A stretch of 64,000 nucleotides of DNA from Rebecca billardiae RCC1528 (taxonomy: Eukaryota > Protista > Haptophyta), in the NCBI GenBank assembly GCA_965240325.2, contig OZ251223.1, positions 1,798,001-1,862,000 of the forward strand. The letters run 5' to 3'. Below, in pieces: positions 29,147 to 40,204 of this stretch (position 1 is the stretch's first letter; every line of letters begins with the position of its first letter). A program made the translations under genes and the position numbers. The notes below the pieces were generated by a model. The model made no database searches. It was not told where the DNA came from and was given only the letters and a program-made list of their open reading frames with translations.

Positions 29147-30804
29147 ATGTGGCTGGCCGCCGCGGCGCTCGCCTCCGTGCTGCCGTTGGCGGCGGATCAG
29201 GGCGTCTTGGGACGCCACGATCACGGCCCCACGATCCATTGCGTCGAACCACGCCTGCTCATCGGGAGCCAGCGCGTGACTGCACGCCAGATCCGGTGGC
29301 AGGTGCGCCGGCGACGCCCGCCCGCTTGGACCCGCCCCTGCCGTGCCTCACTGCTGCAGCGCTTCCCCGCGCCGATCGCGCCTGCCCCGCGTCTGGTCCG
29401 CGCGCGCAGGCGCTTGTGACGGCGGAGGCGCTGCGCGATGCCGCGATCAAGCCCGACACGGCCATCACAGACGTGCACGCGCGAGGCGAGATCGCTCCCT
29501 CCGGCCTCGGGGCGTGCGAGGTGACCGCCGCGCCCACCTCCGCACAGAGCCTCGAGGAATTGGCGGCGTCCGCGGCGAGCCCGGCGGACCCGTCGGGCGC
29601 TGCTGCAGCCGTGCACTCTCGCGCGCAGGAGCTGCGGGGTGCGCACCTAGGCACCGTCTTTGCGCTCGGCGGCGCGCTGCGCTGGGATGGCGCGTCAGCA
29701 CTCGTGCTGCAGCTCGCGTGCACGCGCACCGACGAAGCGAGGCGCGGGGGCCCAGAGGCCCTCGCAGACAGCAACACGCCGCTCGTCTCGCCGCTCGAGC
29801 ACCTGGCCCTGTGCGGGCGCGACACAGCCAGCCCGTTGCGGCCACGCGCCGGCGCGCGCATCGCCTCGCGGCGCGGCAGTGGGGCGACCCCGCCGCTCGC
29901 GGGCGCCATCGACACGGTCGCCACCGACGCCCGAGGCGCCGCGGCCGAGAGCGACGGCGAGGCCGGGACCGGCGGCGCCGACGGCGCCGACGATGACGAC
30001 GACGACGACGACGACGACCCCACGCGCGACTTCATCGCCGTCCTCTCGCCGTCGCAGCCGCCCATGTCTCGGACGGCGCAGGCGCTGCTCACGCCCGGCC
30101 ACCACTACGAGGTGCGCTGGGTCTCGCGCGGCGAGCTCGGCGCTCTGCGCGTCGAGCTGCGCAAGCACCACGCGAGCGGCGCCTCGTCGTACTGGCTGCT
30201 CAGCGAGGGCGTGCTCGACGTCGGCGTGTGGGACTGGTACATCGCGCCCGGCGCCTTCGCCGAGGGCTCCAACTACCAGCTGCGGCTCGCGTCGACGCTC
30301 AAGCCGTCGGTGGTCGGCGACTCGGCGCTCTTCGCCATCAAGTCGGGCCAGCTCATCTACGTGAGCTGGGTGCTGCTGATGGTGGCGATGCTAGGGACGA
30401 TGTGCTGCACCGTCAGCGTCTGCCGCGCCGTCCAGCAAGCCCGCGACGAGCTGCGCAGAGCTGAGCTCGCGCGACGTGGAGCGGGCACGCGCACTGGGGC
30501 AGGCCTGCCGGCGAGCGGCGAGGCGAGCGACGACGACGAGGGCGACGGCGAGGACGGTGACGACGAGGAGGACGCGCCGCCCCCGCGTGAGCCCGAGTGG
30601 CGCCCGGGTACGCCACCCGAGCAACAGCTCGAGGAGGTCACCATCTCACGCTTCCAGTGCTGCATCTGCATGGAGAATGCCATCGACACCGTCATCGTCC
30701 CGTGCGGGCACTCGGTGGCGTGCTTGCCGTGCATGAGCGGCTGCGCGACGTGCCCAATCTGCCGCGCCGACATCGAGCGCGTGGTGCGAGTGTTCCACAA
30801 GTAA
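29147..30804 (+). CDS. Single-pass membrane RING (C3HC4, IAP/MUL1-like) E3 ubiquitin ligase; intron 29303-29409
   Basis: Signal MWLAAAALASVLPLAA; CAG|GTGCGC...GCAG splice; beta-sandwich-like YEVRW...WDWYI...YQLRL...SALFAI; TM LIYVSWVLLMVAMLGTMCC; terminal CCICMENAIDTVIVPCGHSVACLPC...CPICR. Confidence 0.85.
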
Positions 30805-31299
30805 TCACGACGATCCCTACTGGTGCGTGGGGCCTCGCGCTCCATGCAGCTCCGCGCGCGTCGCACGCGCCCGTTCCATCATAAATCCATGCAGCAATTA
30901 ATACGACGATAGTAATTAATAAGCCAATAATAAATTCAGATATATATACTATATATATTAATTATTGTTGGCTTGATATTTTAATAATAATTAAATATGT
31001 ATAATTTAATGTGATCATCAGCGTCTGCGTGGTGCGTCTCTCTGCCGAGTCTCTGCGTTCAGCGTTGCGCACGTGGCGCATTCAGCGGGGCGCGCATCCG
31101 CACGCAGACCGCACCGGGCACCGTCCGCAGCGCGTTCGCGCGCGCGTCTGACTCTGAGGCACGCGCGTGTGACGTAGTCATGTCGGCCACATCCGACCTC
31201 AGAGCATCTGGACGTTCTGAATGTCGCGTGCCGTCCAAGTGACGCGGTGGGAGCCGCCACCTGGGGGCTTTGCCGCGGCGCATTTTGGGCTCGGTGGCT

Positions 31300-32823
31300 T
31301 CAGCACACGGCCTGCCACGCGGACGGCGGCAGGCGTCGCCACAAGCCTTGCTCGACTTGCGCCTCGAACTCGCCCGGGCCGAACGCCAGGTGGCGCCAGA
31401 AGAATCGGATCGCGCTGGGGTCGAGCGAGCCGCCCGCGACCGCGGCTCCCGCCATCTCGGTGTCGCCGCCCATGCGCGCGTGTGGGCTGAGCTCGCGCGA
31501 ATCGACCAGGAAGTCGCACGTGTGCAGCCAGTACCACGGCATCATGTCGGCCGGGGTGGTGTCCGCGGTGCCGAGCTCGCCGCCGGCGTGCAGCACGTTG
31601 TTCTCGAAGGGCGCGAAGCGCTGCACGCTGCCGCTCAGCTCGCCGACGGTGAGCGGCATCGGCTGGTTGAGCACGAGCGCGCCCACGCCGGACTCCTCGG
31701 TCGCCTCGAACGTGATCAGCACCGCGCGCTCGAGCCACGCACACTGCGGCGCGCGCTCAGCGAGCCCCGGGAGCGCGGCGTACACGGCGCCGACGGGGAT
31801 GGGGAGCGGCCCGGCCTCCTCGCAGCCGCCATCGCCGTCGCTCGCGCCGAGCATGTCGTGCTGCCCCGCGAGCGCAATCAGCCAGCGGTGGATCGGCTGC
31901 GAGACGCGGTCAGGCTCGGTGCTGAGAAGCAGGCCGTTGCGCTCCGCCCACGCGCGCCGGGCGTGGGGCACGCAGCTCGCGTGCTCGCGGCCTCGCAGCG
32001 CGTCGCGCAGCCGCGCGAGCACCGCGCCCGGCTCCGAGAGCCGCGCGCGCACATCCTTACCCAGCGCGAGCCGTCGTGCGGCGGGCAGCAGCTCGAGCTC
32101 GAGCACAGCCTCGAGCTGGCGCAGCCACCGCGCGTCCGACCAGAGCGAGTCCGGATCGGCGAGTCCGGAGGCGGCGAGGAGGAGCCAGACGGCGCTCAGC
32201 GCCAGCAGCGTGTCGATCAGCCGCGCCTCTACATCCTGCGCCGTCGCGATCTCGCACGGCACGCCGATCTGGCGCATTAGCTCGCACGCGCGCTCTGCGT
32301 GCTTGCCGCGCACAAGGCAGGGCTGCAACGCGTCAGCGCGCGCGCTCAGATGGCCCGGCCAGAGGGTGACGATGGTGAGCTCGCCTTGCTGCGTGGGCGT
32401 GAGCACGTCCTCTAGCCGTGTGAGCAGAAGCCCCGGGCATTCGCCGACGACCACGGCGTCTGCGCGGCGGGACGCCGGGAGCTCCCGCAACATCTCTGCG
32501 AGCGCCGCGCTGCTGTCCGCGCACATGAAGATCGGGCTCCCTGCGGCGGCGCTCGCGTCGACGCGGCCGCCGGCTGCGCCCAGCGCGGATTGCAGCCGCT
32601 CGGTGCCGGCGACGCACGCAGCGCCGCCCAGCGGCGCCAGCACCTCCGCTGCCTGCGTGCTCGGTTGCGCCGCGCTCGCAGCGATCGGCCCGAGCGCGGA
32701 GCGCGCATCGGGGCCGCGAGCAGGACGTGCGCGCGCCAGACGCGGAGCGCGGCCAGGGGTGGCGCCGTGAGCCGCCGCGCCCAGCGCGCCGGCGATCACG
32801 GCGAGCGCCACGACTGAGCGCAT
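31300..32823 (-). CDS. Organelle-targeted protein with a C-terminal DUF179 (AlgH/YqgE)-like domain
   Basis: Signal MRSVVALAVIAGALGAAA plus a transit-like Arg/Ala/Pro stretch; ERAVLI...GALVLNQP, LHAGG and RFFWRHLAFGPGEFEAQVEQGLW. Confidence 0.7.
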   Translation of the reverse strand: MRSVVALAVIAGALGAAAHGATPGRAPRLARARPARGPDARSALGPIAASAAQPSTQAAEVLAPLGGAACVAGTERLQSALGAAGGRVDASAAAGSPIFMCADSSAALAEMLRELPASRRADAVVVGECPGLLLTRLEDVLTPTQQGELTIVTLWPGHLSARADALQPCLVRGKHAERACELMRQIGVPCEIATAQDVEARLIDTLLALSAVWLLLAASGLADPDSLWSDARWLRQLEAVLELELLPAARRLALGKDVRARLSEPGAVLARLRDALRGREHASCVPHARRAWAERNGLLLSTEPDRVSQPIHRWLIALAGQHDMLGASDGDGGCEEAGPLPIPVGAVYAALPGLAERAPQCAWLERAVLITFEATEESGVGALVLNQPMPLTVGELSGSVQRFAPFENNVLHAGGELGTADTTPADMMPWYWLHTCDFLVDSRELSPHARMGGDTEMAGAAVAGGSLDPSAIRFFWRHLAFGPGEFEAQVEQGLWRRLPPSAWQAVC

Positions 32824-33099
32824 CGTACGCTGGGGCGCGACGCGAGATGCCGTTGGGTGCGCGCGCGTCGGCGTCGGCGATACGCCTTTGGGCGCGACAA
32901 AGGGCGCGGCGCTCCGCGCTCCTGCGCAGGCGAGTTGGGCGACTTCCGGAGTCCGGACGTCGGCGACCAGGACCTTTTCGTTACAAGTACGGTTTCGCGG
33001 GCTGTTCACCGGTGCGCACGAACTTGCGCAAGACAGTAGGCAGGCGCATGGAGGGCGGCCGTAGCTGGGCACGCTGAGCAGCGCGCATCTGTGGGGGGG

Positions 33100-35502
33100 A
33101 TGGTGGTCAGCCACTACGGCGAGCACATCAAGAAGTCCGTCCCACCGCGCACGCCGCTGTTCGGCGACTCCTTCGGGCTGCGCTCGTCGAGTCAGCCGTA
33201 CCGGGAGAACCGACTCGTGCGGCCGCGAGCGTGGGCGGCGACGGGCGGCGGCTGGTCGTCGCACAGCGCGTCGGTGCGATGGGACTCGAGCGGCGCGAAG
33301 GAGAGTGCCACGCACTACCCATACCGCCGGAAGCGCGTGAACGGCTACCTGACGTTCGAGGACGTCGCCCGCAGGCCGCCCGACCTCGCGCGCGTCTCGT
33401 CGGTCGAGCCCCAGCCCGAAGGCGGCGCCGCCATCGAGCCGCCCGACCTGGCGACGCTGCGCACGCCCCCGGCGCGCGGCCGCTCGCTCCTCGCGCAGCC
33501 ACCCGCCACCCCCTCGCGCATGCAGATCACCTCGTCCAAGCTCGTCGAGCTCGCCGTCAGCGCGACCGCCGCCGAGGACGAGGACGCTGAGTACCCGTCT
33601 TCAACCGACGAGCTCGAGTCTGTCGACTCGATCGGCGAGAGCGACGAGGCGGAGGCGGTGCCGGCGGGTGCGCCGCGGGGGCGGTCGGCGAGCCCCACCC
33701 AGCCCGGCTCGTCCGAGCTCCCGCCGCTCTCGCCCTTCGTCTCCGCGCGCGCGCTCGCCGCGCGGCAGTGGCGGCGGGGTGCAGTGTCGGTGTTGCGCGC
33801 GCAGGACGAGGCGGGGCGCGTCTCCGAGGCGGAGAAGCTCACGCTGGCGAAGGCGCTGAGCGCGGCGATCGCGCACGCCGGGCCGCAGCGCGAGCTCCAG
33901 GCGCTCGCCGCCGCGCGCGCGGTCGTCGCCGCCAAGCGCGGCGAGAGCCTCGGCGGCTCGGGCTGGCACGCGCTGCTCGACCGCGTGAGCGCGGAACTTT
34001 CCGAGAAGTCGTCGGGGCCGCACGCCAAGCTGCTCGCCGAGCTGCGCACGTTCAGCCTGCGCGAGCAGGCGTACGAGTGGTGGGAGGAGCCGGAGGCGCA
34101 CGCGCGCTACCGCCGCGCCTTCGAGGCGAAGCACGCCTCCGCCACCCGCCGCGCCGTCGAGCTGCTCGAGGAGCTCGGCACCCACATGGGCGCGGAGCAG
34201 ACGCGCTCGCTGCTCGACGGCGCCATCGCCGACATCCGCGCCAACCGGTACGGCGCCGTCAACTTTGACGAGTTCCCGCAGGAGGCGGCGGGCGTGGCGC
34301 CGCCGACGGAGGTGCGCGTGCGCATCGCGCCGGCGGACGAGCCCCCGCCCGAGCCGCTCGCCCCGCACGTCGAGGCGCGCCTCACGGACGTGCGCGAGCA
34401 GCTGCGCCCCAAGATCTTTCTGGAGTGGCAGGCGCCGCCCGGCGCGCACGCGCGCTGGCGGTACCAGCTCGAGGTGGCGACGGTCTGCCCGTACCGCGGA
34501 CAGCGCGACTGGCGGCCGCTGTACTCGGGCTCGGGCAGCTCGTTCGACTGGACCGAGATCGTCGTCGCCAAGTGGGCCGTCGCGCCCGACCTGCTCGAGC
34601 TCGGCGGCATCGATGACTACCTCTTCCGCACGCGCACCGTCACGCCGCACGGCGCGAGCGCGTTCGCGCCGCCGCTGTTTGTGTCGCCGCCGCGCGCGAC
34701 GCTGCGCCGCGTGCGCGCGCGGCACGGCGACGGGGACGCGCGGCTGCTGCAGCGCATCGACGTGCTCGACGTGATCAAGGCCGAGGCGAAGGCCGCCGAC
34801 AAGCGCGTCGGCGCCGCGCCCGGCACCGCCGGCTCCGTCGAGCTGCCGACGCGCGCGTCATCAATGATGCGCGTGCTCCGGCGCTGGCTGCTCGAGCTGC
34901 GGACTGTCTTCCGAGACGCGTGCCTCTCCGACCTGGAGGAGAAGGCGGAGCTGCAGCACGTGTACTCGATGAACCGCACACAGTTCCACCGCTTCGTGCG
35001 CGACGTGCTCGACGTGCCCAAGCGCGCCGTGCGCACCGAGGCGCTCGACACCATCTTCGTGCGCGTGCGGCGCGAGCGCCGATCGCGCGGCGCGCCGCCG
35101 GGCGGCGCCGCCGCCGACGGCCGCGGCCTGGCGGACGGCGCGGGCGGCCGCGCGGGCGGCGAGCGCGCGACGGCGACGATCGCCGCGGGCGAATCGGCGC
35201 TCGCCAGGCCGGCCGCGCCGAGCACCGACGCCCTCGCTCTGGCCGCCGCCGCCGCCGCCATCATGCCCGACGCCGCGGCCGCGCCGCACGAGCCCGCGCC
35301 GGGCGGCGGCGGCGGCGGCGGCGGCGCCGTCGACGGCGGCGGCGGCGGCGTCACCGAGGCGGCGCAGCTGGAGCGGCTGCATGAGTCGGGCGTGCTCGGC
35401 CGGAACGACCTGGTGGCGGACGAGTTCGTCAGCGCGATGGTGCGGCTCGCGAGCCTGCTGTACACGCCGGCGGAGGCGCTCGAGACCTCGCGCCGCGCGC
35501 TC

Positions 35503-35536
<34 letters not shown>

Positions 35537-36936
35537 ACAGCTCCACCGGCGCCGAGCCGGACGAGCTTGAACGCGAGGCGCACGCGGCGATCGCGGCCGA
35601 CCGCGGCGGCGCCGCGACCAAGCTGGACATGCTGATGCGGCAGCGCGTGCTGCCCAGCGCGTACCTCGCGATCGGCACGGAGCAGGCGGTGGACGTGGTC
35701 CTGAACGGCCGCGTGTGCCTCGCCATGCTCTTCGACCACGAGGAGGAGCTCGGCCGCATCTTCGACTACTACTCGGCGCTCGACATTTCGTTCGCCGAGC
35801 GGCTGGACACGCTCAACATCAAGGAGTGGATGACGATGCTCGAGGACGGCGGCTTCTTCGAGGAGGGGCTGCCCGCGCGGAGGCAGGCGGCGAGGGCGGC
35901 CGCCGCGCCGCGCGAGCCGGCGGGCGGCGCGCGCCTCATGTCCCCCGGGCTGCGCAAGCTCGGCACGGCGGCAGACTCGGGCACCGCTGCCACGTCGCCA
36001 CGCGCGGGCGGCGCCGACGGCACGCCCGCGCCCCTCTCGCCCGACCGGCTGTCCTGGGCGCCGCCGGGCGCGCAGCCCAAGAAGCACGTGAGCGTGGCCG
36101 AGGCCGGCGTGGCCGAGGCCTCGAGGCGCTGGCTGCCCGTGCGCCTCGCGCTGCGCACCTTCGTGCACGTGTGCCTCGACGCGGACCGGTGGGAGGAGGC
36201 GGAGGAGGAGGACGCCGGGCACGCGCCCGCGCCCACCGTCTCCGCCCCGCGCAGCGCCGCCGAGTGGGCGGGCGCGCCGCCCGAGCGCGGCGCCGCTGAG
36301 GCCGCCGAAGCCGCCATCCCCGCCGCGCGTGCCGACGCGGCCGGCGGTGGCGTGACGCCCGCCGCCGCTGCCGCCTCGCCCCCGCCTCCCGTGCCCGCGA
36401 GGAGTGCGAAGCGAGTGCTGCGCGCGCGCTCCGCATACGATTTTGCCGAGATGAGCTTCCACCAGTTCACGGTCGCGGTGTGCCGGCTGTGCTACGAGAA
36501 GCTGCGCGCGGCGGACGGCGAGGGCGAGGGCGAGCCGTGGGGCAGCCACGGCGCGCGCGGGCTCGGCCAGCTCCCGCGCTCGGTGCCCACCGAGCACGCC
36601 TTTGTCAAGCAGGTCGACGCGTTCCTCGCCGACTTCACCGCGCGCTATGCGCCGCTGCTCAGCGACGCGAGCGGCCGCGCCGGCCCGAGCCACGCCGGCC
36701 TGGCGATCTCGCGCCCGCGCCGGAGCGAGCACTGGCGCTCCAACTTCCTGGAGAACACGCGCCCGCTGAAGGCGGCCACGGCATCGCTCAGCGCGCGCCG
36801 CGCTCTGCGCAAATCGCGCTTCAGCATCGTGGGCCGCGCGTCGCAGGCTGCAAGCCGCATCGCCGTGGCGGACATGCTGCCGCCCGAGATTGTGCTCGCC
36901 GTCCCGCAACGGCTCGTGAGTGTTCGGCCCTCGTAG
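33100..36936 (+). CDS. Large protein with an FN3-like domain and degenerate EF-hand-like region
   Basis: Long ORF with strong GC3 bias; IFLEWQAP...YQLEV...WRPLYSG...YLFRTRTVTPHGASAF (FN3 pattern); LGRIFDYY...DTLNIKEWMTML and EMSFHQFTVAVCRL; poly-Gly/Ala tracts. Confidence 0.7.
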
Positions 36937-37424
36937 TTGTCGTCACCGACCGTGCGATGCTGCGACACTGCTGCTCGGTCGATGACGAGCAGCACCATCA
37001 GTGATCACTGACGATGATGCTACATCAGTGATGGCGCGCGTCGATCATCGCAGCAGCGCAGGTAGCTGCTAAGTGCTAGTATTCATGCGCGACTACTGAT
37101 GATGATGAAAACCGCGTTATTATTTATTTACTATAATAAACTACGTTAACGGTCTGATGCTATGATGAATAAATGACCGCGTTCCGCGGTCCTTTTCTGC
37201 ATAGAATCAACGCAGTTGGGGGCCCGCGGTGGCCGTGCAATCGCGGCTCTCCGCCGTAGTGGCAGTTCGCCAGTTGAAGTCGGTTCTGAGATGACTGAAG
37301 CTATTAGTCCGACCGTCGCCCTGCCTGCGCGACCGCGAGACTCATTCACACTTCACACAATCACAGCAGCGGACCTGAGACCGCACCCGGCACCGGTCGT
37401 CAAATCGGACGTCCGTCTGACAAC

Positions 37425-37570
37425 TAGCTGCCAAATGTCCAACTGGCTGATCAGCTCGGATCCGACCCGTCCGCGATCGTGCCATCGGCATCGGAATTAC
37501 TACTAGTAGCTGCCAAACTGTGTCCAACTCTGGCTGATCAGCTCGGATCCGACCCGTCCGCGATCGTGCC
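37425..37570. repeat. Tandem duplication of ~60 bp (37425-37483, 37507-37570)
   Basis: tagctgccaaa..tgtccaact..ggctgatcagctcggatccgacccgtccgcgatcgtgcc occurs twice; the second copy has two small insertions. Confidence 0.85.
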
Positions 37571-38814
37571 GAGTGAGTCGTGCCGCGGAGCTCGGAGTAC
37601 TGAAGGAGTCGGGTGTGACAGCAGGGTGCTTTAGCGCTGCGGCCCGTGCCAGCCAACGACCAGACGTACTCTGGCCACTTGACCCGTTGCACCGGGGTGA
37701 GTGACCGTACGCCCTGCCTAGTGCCTACCGCGCGCGCCGCGCGACCGGCGACTCGGGGTGATGGAGAGCGGATGGCGACAGCAGCAGCAGTGCTCATGAA
37801 GACGATGAAACTGGCGGCACGGGTGCACGAGGTGGCAGGCGAAAGCGCGCCGACGAGACCGCATTTGACACACCTGAGCCGCACGCGCGTGCCGTCGCCG
37901 AGCGGCGAGCGCTGCAAACGCGCAACCGTACCGCGCGCGCCACGACGGCGCGGCACTAGCTGATGCAGGCCGTACTGCCGGCACTGCTTCTGCGATCATG
38001 CGCCACGGTCGCAGCTGACTGCGTGAGCAGCAAGCGGGAGGCGGGTCCGGAGGCACGTGCAGGCGCCGTCCCGCATAATGCATATCCGCCATCGCCCATC
38101 GTGCCGGGGCACGTCACCTCCGACGATCCGGATGTGGCCCAGTCCGGACGTCACGCGATCCGGGAAGACGAGTACGATTCGCTCGTAACGAACCGTTACA
38201 CTAATGTCACGTCCAGCTGACGTCCAGATCGCACTTTACTTAAGGGAATCAGCTGGGCGCGGTTTTTTTCGGCCTGATAGATAGACCTCTCAATGCGATC
38301 TCAAAAACTCGAAACTCGGTCTCCGCCAGCCCTAAAAATCGCCCCCCGTCCCTTTTTTTCCGCCGCCCCCCGTCCCTTTTTTCTTGATCAAAGATCTTTT
38401 TGAAACGTGGTTCGGGCCCGCTGGTGCGGGCTCCACGCTGCGCGCTCCGCCCTGCACCGCGGGCCATTACCTAGTCGTAGCAGTTATTAGTAGTTATTAT
38501 TATTATACCGTCGTCAGTGACGTGTCACTTCATTCACGACATGGCATCGCAACTGCTTCTAATCGTCGCCGGACTGAAGCCGAGACTACGCCATACAGTA
38601 CAGGGCTAGCGGCGTGCAAGCCTGCCACGGTGCTTGCTGGGGCCTTCGCGTGCTTCCTTCGTCTCCGTCACGAGCGCGTGTTGCGGTCCGAGACTCTCCT
38701 CAGAGGGGGCACAGCAGCGAGCAGACGCGAGCGCGGCGGGGCGGTGCGTTGGATGGCAGCGCATGTGCGCGCGAGCTGATGCCGCGACCCCGCGCTTCCC
38801 GCCCAGGCGCGGGC

Positions 38815-39879
38815 TCAGCCGAAGCCCACGTAGTCCCCGCGCTCCGTGTCGATGGCGTCGTCGCCGCCGAGCGAGGCGCCGCTGCCCATCTCGTCAAACT
38901 GGCCAGAGGACTTGACCTTTGCAAAGTAGTCGCGCATCGCGTCCTTCTGCTTGGCCTTGGCGACCATCATGGTGATGTTCTTGGAGCGGTTGGAGCGCGC
39001 GCTGGTGATCACGCCGGACCAGAAGTCCCCCCAGTCGACCACCGACTCGGCGCTCATCGGCATGCACTCGCAGCGCAGCAGCGCGCCGCAGTAGCCCGCC
39101 TCCGCGACGCGGTCGCACGCACTGTTCACATTGGTCCAGGGCACGCGCACAGAGCACACGACGCGCCCCTTCAGGCTCTTGGGCACGGGGATCACGTCGC
39201 TGCCCTTGGGGTTGATGAGGAGGACGTCGCACCCCGTCTGCTCGAACGTCCCCTCGAGCGCCGCCGCCGCCCGCGCCTCGTCCCAGCCGCCCTCGGACGT
39301 GTCGACCAGCAGCTCGACCACCGACTCGATGCCCGCGTCCTTGGCCGCGGCCGCCTGCGCGTCGAGGCCGCTGAGCGCGGCGGCGAGGTCGTCGTCCGAC
39401 CAGGTCGGTGCGAGCGGGCTATTGCCTGCGAGCAGCACCGCGCTCGCCCCTGCTCTCGCCACCGCCTCCACGTCCACGCCCGCGCTGCCCTCGGTGAGCG
39501 ATGGGATATAGAGCACAGGCGCGGGGCCGGGGAACTGGCCGCGCGCGTCGGCCTGCTCGGCGGAGACGTGCTCCATGAGATCGCCCATGCCGCTGATGGC
39601 GATGACGCTCGCCTTCGATTCGCGCAGCTTCGCGCTCATCTCGCGGATCGGCAGCACCCTGAGCGCGTCCTCCGACTCGTCGTACAGGTTCTGGTGGTGG
39701 ATGGAGACGCCCAGCCCGCGCGACGGCGGGGGCGGCAGGTCGGCGTGGCTGATCTCGACGCCGACGGTGAGCTTCTGCGCCTTCACCGCGCGCGCCACCG
39801 ACGGCACCTTGGCGCGCGTCGCCACCGCGTCGGCGCGCGCCGCGAGCGCGAGCAGTGCGAGTGCGGTCGCCCTCATCAT
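38815..39879 (-). CDS. Signal-peptide-bearing protein with an alternating beta/alpha pattern (TIM-barrel/IGPS-like, degenerate)
   Basis: MMRATALALLALAARADA; EMSAKLRESKASVIAI, EQADARGQFPGPAPVLY, ARAGASAVLL, AKDAGIESVVEL; GC3-biased codons. Confidence 0.65.
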   Translation of the reverse strand: MMRATALALLALAARADAVATRAKVPSVARAVKAQKLTVGVEISHADLPPPPSRGLGVSIHHQNLYDESEDALRVLPIREMSAKLRESKASVIAISGMGDLMEHVSAEQADARGQFPGPAPVLYIPSLTEGSAGVDVEAVARAGASAVLLAGNSPLAPTWSDDDLAAALSGLDAQAAAAKDAGIESVVELLVDTSEGGWDEARAAAALEGTFEQTGCDVLLINPKGSDVIPVPKSLKGRVVCSVRVPWTNVNSACDRVAEAGYCGALLRCECMPMSAESVVDWGDFWSGVITSARSNRSKNITMMVAKAKQKDAMRDYFAKVKSSGQFDEMGSGASLGGDDAIDTERGDYVGFG

Positions 39880-40204
39880 CGCCGAGGCAGCCCTGCTGAG
39901 ACGTCCAAAGACCTCGCTGGCGGTGGCCGGTGTACAGCTCGGAATCCGCGCGACGAGACGTTGTCACGTGGTTGGCTGTCGTCCAGACGGAACGACTGCC
40001 GGAGATTCCTGCTCCGTCCACGATGGCAGACGGCGCAACTGGGGCCTAGCTGAGCTTGCCGAGTGAGCCGGCGGCCTACACTTTGGCCGAGGGCGGTGTG
40101 CCGAGTGAGCACAGCACGCCGGTGCCCGTTGCACCGTCTTCATCGGGAGAGCACTGAAGCAGGCGCTTGGGCGTGGGCACTCGCCTGACAGCCATCCTTC
40201 CCGT

